Part shown: one piece after another, positions 43,952 to 56,700 of the stretch
Layout of the letters: the number at the start of each line of letters is the position of its first letter
Position numbering within the stretch: position 1 is the stretch's first letter
NCBI GenBank assembly: GCA_964016885.1
Contig: OZ024749.1
Span: forward strand, 26,474,001 to 26,538,000
From: Eledone cirrhosa
Lineage: Eukaryota
Direction of reading: 5' to 3'
Length of the DNA: 64,000 nucleotides
The notes under the pieces: generated by a model
The model's database searches: none
The model's input: only the letters and a program-made list of their open reading frames with translations
Told to the model about the DNA's origin: nothing
Translations under genes and position numbers: made by a program

Positions 43952-44070
43952 CATGCTACTGTACGTCTGTATACATATATGTATGTACGTATACATACAT
44001 ACTTACATTTAAGTAAGTGCCGTACTAAGAGTGAGAAATGAAATTTCGTTTTCATTTTATTACAACTTAT
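43315..44070 (+). mobile_element. Family H non-coding hammerhead element with inverted 5' arm
   Basis: Monomer 43541-44070. Segment 43315-43540 is an inverted copy of about 43757-44004. Hammerhead CGGTG-CTGATGA (43666)-TAGCTAACAAGCTT-GAAA-CTAG-TA-CATCG. Confidence 0.88.
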
Positions 44071-44077
44071 ATATATA

Positions 44078-45464
44078 TATTGTTATACTTGGGGAGGGTT
44101 ATATTTGTGTAATATTGCCAGAATTAATAACAGAACACACTCACTGTTTGGTTGGTTTTCGCTTTTCGCTTCTGTGTCTTTTATATCGGTAATCTAATTT
44201 ATTCGGTCCTCAATGTTGCCATTGACTGACCAACGGTCAAAAATAATACAGATACAATATAGACACAAACACATATATATAGTTTATCAAAGTTCTTTCG
44301 TTGCACATCTGCAACATCGTCAGTGGTGCTATTGTTTCCTCCCGTTACATTGTATGTCTACGTCATCTTTATTTAGTCTGTTTATATATTTATTTATTTA
44401 TTTGTTTGTTTGTTTATTTTATTTTGTATTCTTTGCGCATGCGTTTGCGTGTGTGTATAGTGTTTTGCTTGATGTGTGTTCGTGATTGGGTGACTGTGTA
44501 TTGGTTAATGTATTCTATCTTTACTAGTGTGTGTTTATATCTGTTTGTTGTTATTGTGGTTGTGTATTTATTTATTTATCTATTTATTTATTTATTTATT
44601 TATCTATTTATTTATTTATTTATACTTCTCTTAGGTCAGTGTTGTTTGTTTGGGTGTTGTTGTTATTCCATTCATTCTTTCTGTTTAGTCTTGGCCTTCT
44701 AGGTTCTATTTCACTGGCCTCTCTGATTTGCCTATCTGCTGGGTCATTTCTATGTTTAGATATTATTCTAATTTCTATGTTGTCTATGTTACCGTCGTGT
44801 TGTTGTCTGGCATGTTCGTATAGTACTGACCCGTTTTTTCGTCCTTTTAGTTCCCCCCAGTGTTGGTCTATCCTTTCACCTATGCTACGAGCTGTCTCGC
44901 CTATGTATGTTGTTGTCATGTTTCTGCAAGTACCCTCTGTACATCTTATTCTATAGACTACATTTCTAGTTTTACAGTTTATCCGGGAGTTTACCTTACA
45001 TATGATACATTTCCTATTAGTACAGTGGGTTTTCTTAAAAGGCTAGGTTTTGCTGATCAGGGATTTTATGGTGGTTCCTGGCTTTTCTACCACCTTAATC
45101 TTTAAGTGGGTCTTTCTCATGGCCTTTCTACTCTGGTTAGCTAATTTCCCTCCAGGGGTAGCGTCCACAAACATGACACTCTGGTATCTCTGGTTGTCGT
45201 ACCATTAGGTGGCTTTCCCTATCTTGTCTAGCCCTATCTAAGCTATTCCATGATTTTCTCCTTTATAATGGGCAAATTCCTTTCATGTCCAGTTCTATGA
45301 GGGTCTTATACTTCTCCATGGCTCCTTCGTATACTCTGACTCTGTCTCTTTGGTTGTAGCCAGAGAACTGCATGCGGTTGATATAATGTTGGATGTGTCT
45401 TTCCATTTCTGTTGGGTCGCACATGCGGGACACATTCTTCATCACTCGTACCAAATCTGCGATC
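44078..45464 (-). mobile_element. 5'-truncated PLE, family A2 (sister of A), with hammerhead at 44286-44327
   Basis: Disrupted ORF 44620-45464 with [10 protein letters not shown] and YIGETARSIGERIDQH. Core CTGACGA-T-GTTGCA/TGCAAC-GAAA-GAAC-TT. Confidence 0.9.
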
Positions 45465-45591
45465 GCACTACTTCAGAGGGACTGAGTTAACTTCAACAGT
45501 ACGTCCTCATCAATAAAACTAAACTGTTGAGTGCTTCCAATCTATTGTAAAACTCATTATTTGATTTATCCATTGAACCTTGTTTAATCTT

Positions 45592-45682
<91 letters not shown>

Positions 45683-46372
45683 GTGTGTTTCGGTATCTTT
45701 CAACGAGATTCCAACAATGCCTCTTATAATGTCAACCAAGAATTCCAATATGTTTACGTATTCCTGGAGCCTGTCTCCGGTTACAAGTACTTACAATCCG
45801 GTCAAACACGTGTACGTTTGATCTGCAGTACTTTAAACACTGCCAAGGCGCCTGGCTGACTTAGAGGTTACGATATTCGACTTATGATTATCAGGTCGTG
45901 TGTTCGATGCATGACAGCGCGTTTTTTTTCTAGAGCAAGACACAGATATATATATATGTGTGTGTGTGTGTATATACATATGTATGTTTGTGTGTATATA
46001 TATATATAATACAAGTGGAAGCATAGTAAAATCGAAGCTTTGGCTGTGGGCAAGCAATGTCGACCTACAATATGAATGAGTTAGCAAAGCACTCAATAAG
46101 GGTAGGTCTTTAGAGTAATAACATACGTTTAAATAGCTTGACAAATTGAACATTGTGGTAGGCAAAACCTAACACACAATACCAAAGTAACGAAAAAACT
46201 AACAGGTTAAAAAGATACACCTGGAACAAATCAAACGATATACGTTTAAAGTGTTTCTATGAATCCGAAATCAATTATCCAACTTACGTAACAGGCGCGC
46301 TCGTGGTATTCCATGATCGAACAGAGGATTCATTTCATCAACATATATATATATAGTATGGGAATAAATGTG

Positions 46373-46690
46373 AAGACTAAAATCCGAAGAGGGCTCGATA
46401 AGGATTATATATATATAAAAATATATAAAAACCCGTAGAACAAATATTTATTAAAATAGCAGATTAAAGTTTAAGAATCGCTGCTTTAAGCCTTAACGGG
46501 ATCTTCTGAAACTAAAAAAATCAATCTGTGGACGCAGAAGTAAATATTTCGAAAAACTTTACAACCGAAACAAGAAGACGATACTTTGGTTCGTGAAGAT
46601 GTTCCCTGGCAATGAACGGAAAAATGCGAGGATAATTACGTCGTCGTGTGGAACGATGAGAAAAATTTTACGCAAAGACATAATAAATAT
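46373..46690 (+). mobile_element. Family J dispersed repeat (longest copy)
   Basis: Contains the blocks seen at 9535-9662, 24003-24122 and 29815-29935. Confidence 0.7.
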
Positions 46691-46696
46691 ATATAT

Positions 46697-47187
46697 CTCT
46701 AGGGCGGGTAAAATTCCCGAGATCCATGGACGAGTTCTCTCCAGCGGTCTCTGTCCCTCATTATCGCTGCGATGTCCCGCGACTCCAACAGACCAGTGTC
46801 TGTCCTTAGGGCATCAACATACGTTAACCTTGGTCTTCCAGTGTGTCCATGTAGGGGCTCCCACAAGAGCACTGAGTGCAATGTCAACTCTGGATGTCGG
46901 TGAGCATGTCCAACTAACCTCAGTCTCCTCTGTGTCACTTTTGAGCTAACTTTTGGGATGCTCCCATACAGCTCTGAGTTTTTCATCCTCAGTATATACT
47001 AATTAATGTTCAGAGCCATCCTCAGCATTCTCGTGTAGCACCCATCCACCATCTGAGTGAGTTTCTTGGTCAGTGTCCAAGGCTCAGACCCATACAGCAG
47101 CACAGACTCCACTACAGCAATGAAGTGTCACTTTTGAGCTGACTTTTGGGATGCTCCCATACAGTTCTGTGTTTTTCATCCTCAGTG
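46697..47187 (-). mobile_element. RTE-clade LINE 3' fragment
   Basis: VESVLLYGSEPWTL...RMLRMALNI...RRLRLVGH...GRPRLTYVD...DRDRWR. Confidence 0.85.
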
Positions 47188-47216
47188 TATATATATATAT
47201 ATATATATATATATTA

Positions 47217-47675
47217 GTATTGGTGCTCTGAAATAGTGATGTATACATGAATATACGTATAGTATATTTAATAATATACTGTATGTTTATTTTAAAACAT
47301 TTTGAAGACGCTTCGTTATAAATTTTAAAGTAGTGACTATGTCACTTATTTATTCTCGGCATAAACAAAGAGGAGTGATCGACAGTCCTGTTTGTCGCTC
47401 GTTAGCGATTATCAAGATTACTCAGTCCCTGCGTTTCTGCCGAGAATTATAGAAGCTGGATTGTTATAGAATTCCAACAATGTTTAAGAGCTGATTAAAC
47501 AGAGCAGTTGCCGGTCCAGCAAAAATTAGGTATTGGTGCTCTGAAATAGCGATGTATACATGAATATATGTATAGTATATTTGATAATATACTGTGTGTT
47601 TAATTAAAAACATTTTGAAGATCATTCGTTATGAATTTTAAAGTAGTGACTATGTCATTTACTTATTCTAGGCAA
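47217..47675. repeat. Partial tandem with 313-bp period
   Basis: A ~148-bp block recurs at 47217 and 47530. Confidence 0.85.
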
Positions 47676-48178
47676 AAAGAAAATGGGGGGTGGGGGGGAG
47701 GTTTATTAAAAAAAAAAACGAGATATCCTACACGGGTGAAAGTATAAGTAAAAGAAATCGAAAATGCAACTGGAGTCTCTTTAAGAGTATTTATTTATTT
47801 ATTTCCTTTACCGGTTTCACAGTTCTTTTGCTTTTCAAAAATAAAATTGAGAAGGAGGGTTTTTTACACATACGCGCACGAACGCGCACACGCACACACA
47901 CACCTATATATACACACATATATATATATATATATACACACACATATATATATACACACATATATATACACACATAAATATATATAGACACATATATATA
48001 TATATATACACATATATATATATATACACACATATATATATATATACACACATATATATATACACACATATATCATATATATATATACACACATATATAT
48101 ATATATATACACACATATATATATATATATACACACATATATATATATATACACACACACGTATATATATATATATAT

Positions 48179-48445
<267 letters not shown>

Positions 48446-48458
48446 CATATATATATAC

Positions 48459-48505
<47 letters not shown>

Positions 48506-48518
48506 CATATATATATAC

Positions 48519-48698
<180 letters not shown>

Positions 48699-48754
48699 AT
48701 ACATATATATATATATATATATACATACATATATATATATATATATACATATAT

Positions 48755-51222
48755 GCAAAAGTTCTATTTAAATTGTTGGGATACAACAAGCAAATATTTT
48801 TATAACTGATATAAAGCACTCGACAAGTATTTGGAGTAGATATACGATATTAACAAATGGAAACTATATTTATAAAACCATAATTATTTCATTATACATA
48901 TTTCAAGGATACCAAGTTAAATTATGGTAAGCCTTCATCAGACAAAATACAATATATACCAGTTTTATAAATAAACATTGACGTACCCTTTCAAAATGCA
49001 ACCGTTACTTTTGGAAGACATCAGGATAGTGGTTTGTTTATTTTAGTAAGTCGTTGTGTTAAGGAGAAGTAAAAAGACGGAGAGAGAGACAAACGTGGAG
49101 AAAAGAAAGGGATAGATAAATAAAGAAAAAGAAGAAAGAAAAAAGAAAACAGAGAAAAATAACAGAGAGATATCAACCCACCAGACAGAGAGAAAAAAAC
49201 TCAAGAGAAAGAAATATAGAGATAGAGAGAGGGGGAGAGAACGAAAACCTTAAGTCATGTCATATTAAGTTGAGTTAACAATTGAGATGAAATGAATAAA
49301 TAAAATTAGAAATATTAATATTCATGAATGGAATATACATATATAATATGAGAAATTAATCATTGTTTAATTATGATTAGATATTTAGTTTAAAAATTGA
49401 GATCAATATATTAAAAATTGGAATTTAAACATTACAAAATATATATATTGCTAGAGAAATTACCTATCATATAGCACGTACATATAGGCAAAGATACATA
49501 AATATATATATACACACACACTCAGAAAATACACATTATATCAACCCCCGCATATAATATATACATACAAAGCATAAGTGATTTTTTTTATTACTGCTAT
49601 ACATTCCTTGTGTTATTAAATAAAAATGTTTAGTATATATATATAAATATATAGGATTAACTTTCATGCATTTATGGCTGTTAAATTATGCATATCTGCA
49701 ATCAAAACTGCATGGGTAAGCATGTACATGTACACACACAATTCTTAGATATACATATATAAATATGTGTGTGCATCTTCACCCAATTGGTAGACACGCG
49801 TCACTCATGCATATATACAGACAGATATATACTCATAAAAAAGCATATAACACATGTATATGTATGTTAATACACATATATAGATACATAGTCGTATAGA
49901 GATAACTTTACATCAATATATTACATAGTACAATTGAGTATATAAAATACAAAAGGATTATATTTTGGAAATATAATTATATCAATATAACTTAAAAGAC
50001 AAACGAATTCTACAAATATCAAAATATCAAAATATTTTTAAATATTATAGAATATTTTAAGTTAAAATAATATGTTTAATAGATTTAGTATAGATATTTA
50101 TCTTACGTATATTTTAATCAAGATATTGAAAGGATAAACTTTTGAAAATTATGAGAAGCTATCAGAATAAAAACAAACCTAATAAAAAATAAAAAATAAA
50201 AAATAAATAAAATATTATATCAATATAACTTAAAAAACAAGAATTCTACAGATATCAAAATATTAAAATATTTTTAAATATTATAGAATATTTTAAGTTA
50301 AAATAATATGTTTAATAGATTTAGTATAGATATTTATCTTACGTATATTTTAATCAAGATATTGAAAGGATAAACTTTTGAAAATTATGAGAAGCTATCA
50401 GAATAAAAACAAACCTAATAAAAAATAAAAAATAAAAAATAAATAAAATATTATATCAATATAACTTAAAAAATAAGAATTCTACAGATATCAAAATATT
50501 AAAATATTTTAAAATATTATAGAATATTTTAAGTTAAAATAATATGTTTAATATATTTAGTATAGAAATTTATCTTACGTATATTTTATTCAAGATATTG
50601 AAAGGATAAACTTTTCTAGAATAGTTTATTATATTTATATTTATATTTAGGAAGAAAATTTATTTATACTTGAGTAGTTAACCAAAGAAAATGAAAAAGG
50701 TGAAGGAATCTAATGATTTATCGACAGGTTTCATATATTAACCAAATTACTTAATTAATTATACTACATTTTAAATTTATATTTATATTTAAACGTTGAG
50801 TTCAATCTATGTCTGCAGCAACTGAATAAATTATTCCTTAAATTAAGGGAATTTTTGGTCTTTAATATAAAGAATATTTCCTCTATACAAAGATCGCAAT
50901 TTTCGGAAGAGGAATTAAAAGGAGTAGCTTTTGAAATAATATTCCAAATCAGCGAATATTCAACATTATCTCGTTTTAGGTCCCATAATAGTCTAGATAG
51001 CCAAGTTGAAGATTTTTTGTTTGGATCTGTAAAATAATTTTTATGATTATTGAAGCGGGATTTAAACTCTGTAAAGGTAGAACCTACATAATTAAATGAA
51101 TTTAAATTAGTTTTAACATTACAATTATAAGCTACATTTTTAGCTAAGCAGTTGTTATTTAACGGACAGTTGGATTTATTTCTACAGTTACAATTATTCG
51201 ATTGAATATTGCTTGGGTTATT
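48755..51222 (-). mobile_element. 5'-truncated PLE, family C: GIY-YIG remnant, long 3' UTR and hammerhead terminus
   Basis: ORF piece 50764-51222 ([43 protein letters not shown]). Hammerhead core TCATCAG 48935-48941. The terminus matches 6030-6265. Flanked by (TA)n. Confidence 0.85.
49976..50614. repeat. About 2.7 tandem copies of a ~237-bp unit in the family C 3' UTR
   Basis: ATTATATCAATATAACTTAAAA at about 49976, 50214 and 50450. Confidence 0.9.
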
Positions 51223-51233
51223 ATTATATATAC

Positions 51234-51282
<49 letters not shown>

Positions 51283-51287
51283 CATAC

Positions 51288-51387
<100 letters not shown>

Positions 51388-51390
51388 GTT

Positions 51391-51433
<43 letters not shown>

Positions 51434-51436
51434 GTT

Positions 51437-51469
<33 letters not shown>

Positions 51470-51649
51470 ATATGTTTATATACATATATATATATATATA
51501 TATACATATGTTTACATACATATATATATATATATATATATACATATATACATATACATATATATATATATACATATACATATATACATATATATATATA
51601 CATATATATATACATATATATATACATATATATATGCATATATATATGC

Positions 51650-51732
<83 letters not shown>

Positions 51733-51891
51733 CATATATATATATACATATATATATATACATATATATACATTCATATATATATATACATACATATATA
51801 TATATACATATATATATATATACACACATATATATATACATATATATATATATACACACACATATATATATACATATATATATATACACAC

Positions 51892-51922
<31 letters not shown>

Positions 51923-51995
51923 CATATATATATACACACATATATATATATATACATATATATATAAATATATATACATATATGTATATATATAC

Positions 51996-52032
<37 letters not shown>

Positions 52033-52154
52033 CACATATATATATATACATATATATATATACACACATATATATATATATATATACACACATATATATA
52101 TATACATATATATATATATACACACACATATATATATATACATATATATATATA

Positions 52155-52653
52155 AATGTAAGTATGTATGTGTACGTAAATACATATATATATACAGACG
52201 TACAGTAGCATGCATATATATATATGTACGTCTGTATACATATATGTATGTACGTACACATACATACTTACATTTAAGTAAGTGCTGTACTAAGAGTGAG
52301 AAATGAAATTTCGTTTTCATTTTATTACAACTTATCGTTTTCGGTACGCCTGGCCGTCTGACCTCACTCGATATGCAAATTAGGCTGCTCAGCCGTTAAT
52401 TTTCATGAGGAAAGTATATACTTTCGAACGTTCAACCATCTGGCAGAAGGGTATACGGTGCTGATGATAGCTAACAAGCTTGAAACCAGTACATCGTTCC
52501 TGTGTCAGTGTTGAACAAAAAAGGTGACGTGGTTGCCTTAACACCGTACGGCATAAATTCAGGCTGTTCAGTTTGTTTACAAACGAACAAAGCGGGCGTT
52601 ATAATAAGCGTCCGCTAAACTGATACGTGCATATATGTATGTGTACCTGTATG

Positions 52654-52707
<54 letters not shown>

Positions 52708-52819
52708 TGCTACTGTACGTCTGTATACATATATGTATGTACGTACACATACATACTTACATTTAAGTAAGTGCCGTACTAAGAGTGAGAAATGAAATTT
52801 CGTTTTCATTTTATTACAA

Positions 52820-52824
<5 letters not shown>
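52155..52824 (+). mobile_element. Family H element: inverted arm + partial monomer + full 489-bp monomer
   Basis: Head-to-tail junction TTACAACTTAT|CGTTTTCGGTACG at 52335/52336. Hammerhead CTGATGA at 52461-52467. Confidence 0.88.
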
Positions 52825-52904
<80 letters not shown>

Positions 52905-52908
<4 letters not shown>

Positions 52909-53110
52909 CGAAGGAAATGTGGTAAGGAACCAGGTGGACCATAACGCACCAAAGTACTCAATACTTAGGGTAGTAGAGTGGGTAATAGGAACAAGTAAGA
53001 CCCTGACGGCTGAGCTGAAGCCGTTTCGACGGCTAATTCTGGACTGGAATTCCAGTCCAGAATTAGCCGTCGAAACGGCTTCAGCTCAGCCGTCGGGGTC
53101 TTACTTGTTC

Positions 53111-53114
<4 letters not shown>
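52905..53114 (-). mobile_element. Family D asymmetric hairpin
   Basis: Near-perfect palindrome centred on GAATTC (about 53047-53052), extension 52905-52984. Confidence 0.9.
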
Positions 53115-53142
<28 letters not shown>

Positions 53143-53796
53143 CAAAGATGAAACAAGGATTATTATTATATATACAAAAATACATTAACAACAGAAATTT
53201 TAACTTCCAAATTCAACAGAAGGTTTCACTCGATCCCAAGTAGAAAGTACCTACCCATACCCAACACCGTTATACATCGAAACCGGAAACGGCTGGTTGC
53301 TAAGCGAACTACGTGTCCATGACAACGCCTGTTCCGTTTGTTCTTTGTTTGCTTTCATTTTGTTTTTTTCACTGTGGTTATTAATGTTATTTGTTTGTTG
53401 TTTTTTTTTTTATATTTTATTCAATTTAGAAATTTTAAACCACCCGTATTTGACATTTTTTGCTGTTTGTGGTATAAAGTCTTTAGGGTGTGTTTTGATA
53501 TTTGTAACTATTGTTTTTTTATAATTTTTATTTTCATTAATTTTTATTTTTGTTTTATTTGTTTTATTTATATTTTACGTTTTTATATTTATATTTTCTT
53601 TTATTATTATTAATTTTTTTATTAATTTTTTCTTCTTCTTCACTTTCCAAATTTGCTAATAAATTGACAAAAAATTCTTGTATAAACAAAGAATATATAA
53701 CCGAATATTTAACATATGTATGATGGCGACATCAAAGATTCATGTCGCAAAATATCCATTACCTTGGTTTATTTGTGTTGTTGTTGTTGTTGTTCG

Positions 53797-56700
53797 TAGT
53801 AGTGGTAGTCGTGGTGGTAATGCTAGTAGTATTGGTGATGTTGGTGGTAGTGTTGGTAGTGGTGGTGATGTTGGTGGTAGTGTTGGTAGTGGTGGTGATG
53901 TTGGTGGTAGTGTTAGTAGTGGTGGTGATGTTGGTGGTAGTGTTGGTGTTGGTGGTAGTGTTGGTAGTGGTGGTGATGTTGGTGGTAGTGTTGGTAGTGG
54001 TGGTGATGTTGTTGGTTGTGTTGGTAGTGGTGGTGATGTTGGTTGTAGTGTTGGTAGTGTTGGTGATGTTGGTGGTAGTGTTGGTAGTGGTGGTGATGTT
54101 GGTGGTAGTGTTGGTAGTGGTGGTGATGTTGGTGGTAGTGTTGGTAGTGTTGCTAGTGTTGGTATTGTTGTTGGTAGTGTTGGTATTGTTGTTGGTAGTG
54201 TTGGTAGTGGTGATGTTGGTGGTAGTGGTGGTAGTGGTGGTGACGTTGGTGGTAGTGTTGGTAGTGGTGGTGATGTTGGTGGTAGTGTTGATAGTGGTGG
54301 TGGCGTTGGTGGTAGTGTTGGTAGTGGTGGTGGCGTTGGTGGTAGTGTTGGTAGTGGTGTTGATGTTGGTGGTAGTGTTGGTAGTGGTGGTGGCGTTGGT
54401 GGTAGTGTTGGTAGTGGTGGTGGCGTTGGTGGTAGTGTTGGTAGTGGTGGTGATGTTGGTGGTAGTGTTGGTAGTGGTGGTGATGTTGGTGGTAGTGTTG
54501 GTAGTGGTGGTCGCGTTGGTGGTAGTGGTGGTAGTGTTGGTAGTGGTGGTGATGTTGGTGGTAGTGTTGGTAGTGGTGATGATGTTGGTGGTAGTGTTGG
54601 TAGTGGTGGTCACGTTGGTGGTAGTGTTGGTGTTGGTGGTAGTGTTGGTAGTGGTGGTGCTGTTGGTGGTAGTGTTGGTAGTGGTGGTGGTGTTGGTGGT
54701 AGTGTTGGTAGTGGTGGTGATGTTGGTGGTGGTGTTGGTAGTGGCGGTGGTGTTGGTGGTGGTGTTGGTAGTGGTGGTGCTGTTGGTGGTAGTGTTGGTA
54801 GTGGTGGTGGTGTTGGTGGTGGTGTTGGTAGTGGTGGTGCTGTTGGTGGTAGTGTTGGTAGTGGTGGTGGTGTTGGTGGTAGTGTTGGTAGTGGTGGTGA
54901 TGTTGGTGGTGGTGTTGGTAGTGGTGGTGGTGTTGGTGGTAGTGTTGGTAGTGGTAGTGATGTTGGTGGTAGTGTTGGTAGTGGTGGTGATGTTGGTGGT
55001 AGTGTTGGTAGTGGTGGTGATGTTGGTGGTAGTGTTGGTAGTGGTGGTGATGTTGGTGGTAGTGTTGGTAGTGGTGGTGCTGTTGGTGGTAGTGTTGGTA
55101 GTGGTGGTGATGTTGTAGGTGGTGTTGGTAGTGGTGGTGGTGTTGGTGGTAGTGTTGGTAGTGGTAGTGATGTTGGTGGTAGTGTTGGTTGTGGTGGTGG
55201 TGTTGGTGGTGGTGTTGGTAGTGGTGGTGGTGTTGGTGGTAGTGTTGGTAGTGGTGGTGATGTTGGTGGTGGTGTTGGTAGTGGTGGTGGTGTTGGTGGT
55301 AGTGTTGGTAGTGGTAGTGATGTTGGGGGTAGTGTTGGTAGTGGTAGTTATGTTGGTGGTAGTGTTGGTAGTGGTGGTGGTGTTGGTGGTAGTGTTGGTA
55401 GTGGTGGTGATGTTGGTGGTAGTGTTGGTAGTGGTGGTGATGTTGGTGGTAGTGTTGGTAGTGGTGGTGCTGTTGGTGGTAGTGTTGGTAGTCGTAGTTA
55501 TGTTGGTGGTAGTGTTGGTAGTGGTGGTGGTGTTGGTGGTAGTGTTGGTAGTGGTGGTGATGTTGGTGGTAGTGTTGGTAGTGGTGGTGATGTTGGTGGT
55601 AGTGTTGGTAGTGGTGGTGCTGTTGGTGGTAGTGTTGGTAGTGTTGGTGGTGTTGGTGGTAGTGTTGGTAGTGGTAGTTATGTTGGTGGTAGTGTTGGTA
55701 GTGGCAGTGATGTTGGTGGTAGTGTTGGTAGTGTTGGTGATGTTCGTGGTAGTGTTGGTAGTGGTAGTTATGTTGGTGGTAGTGTTGGTAGTGGTAGTGG
55801 TGTTGGTGGTAGTGTTGGTAGTGGTGGTGATGTTGGTGGTAGTGTTGGTAGTGGTGGTCACGTTGGTGGTAGTGTTGGTGTTGGTGGTAGTGTTGGTAGT
55901 GGTGGTGCTGTTGGTGGTAGTGTTGGTAGTGGTGGTGGTGTTGGTGGTAGTGTTGGTAGTGGTGGTGGTGTTGGTGGTAGTGTTGGTAGTGGTGGTGATG
56001 TTGGTGGTAGTGTTGGTAGTGGTAGTTATGTTGGTGGTAGTGTTGGTAGTGGTGGTGGTGTTGGTGGTAGTGTTGGTAGTGGTGGTGATGTTGGTGGTAG
56101 TGTTGGTAGTGGTAGTGATGTTGGTGATAGTGTTGGTAGTGGTGGTGGTGTTGGTGGTAGTGTTGGTAGTGGTGGTGATGTTGGTGGTAGTGTTGGTAGT
56201 GGTGGTGATGTTGGTGGTAGTGTTGGTAGTGGTAGTTATGTTGGTGGTAGTGTTGGTAGTGGTAGTGGTGTTGGTGGTAGTGTTGGTAGTGGTGGTGATG
56301 TTGGTGGTAGTGTTGGTAGTGGTGGTCACGTTGGTGGTAGTGTTGGTGTTGGTGGTAGTGTTGGTAGTGGTGGTGCTGTTGGTGGTAGTGTTGGTAGTGG
56401 TGGTGGTGTTGGTGGTAGTGTTGGTAGTGGTGGTGATGTTGGTGGTGGTGTTGGTAGTGGTGGTGGTGTTGGTGGTGGTGTTGGTAGTGGTGGTGCTGTT
56501 GGTGGTAGTGTTGGTAGTGGTGGTGGTGTTGGTGGTGGTGTTGGTTGTGGTGGTGGTGTTGGTGGTGGTGTTGGTAGTGGTGGTGGTGTTGGTGGTAGTG
56601 TTGGTAGTGGTGGTGGTGTTGGTGGTAGTGTTGGTAGTGGTGGTGATGTTGGTGGTGGTGTTGGTAGTGGTGGTGGTGTTGGTGGTAGTGTTGGTAGTGG

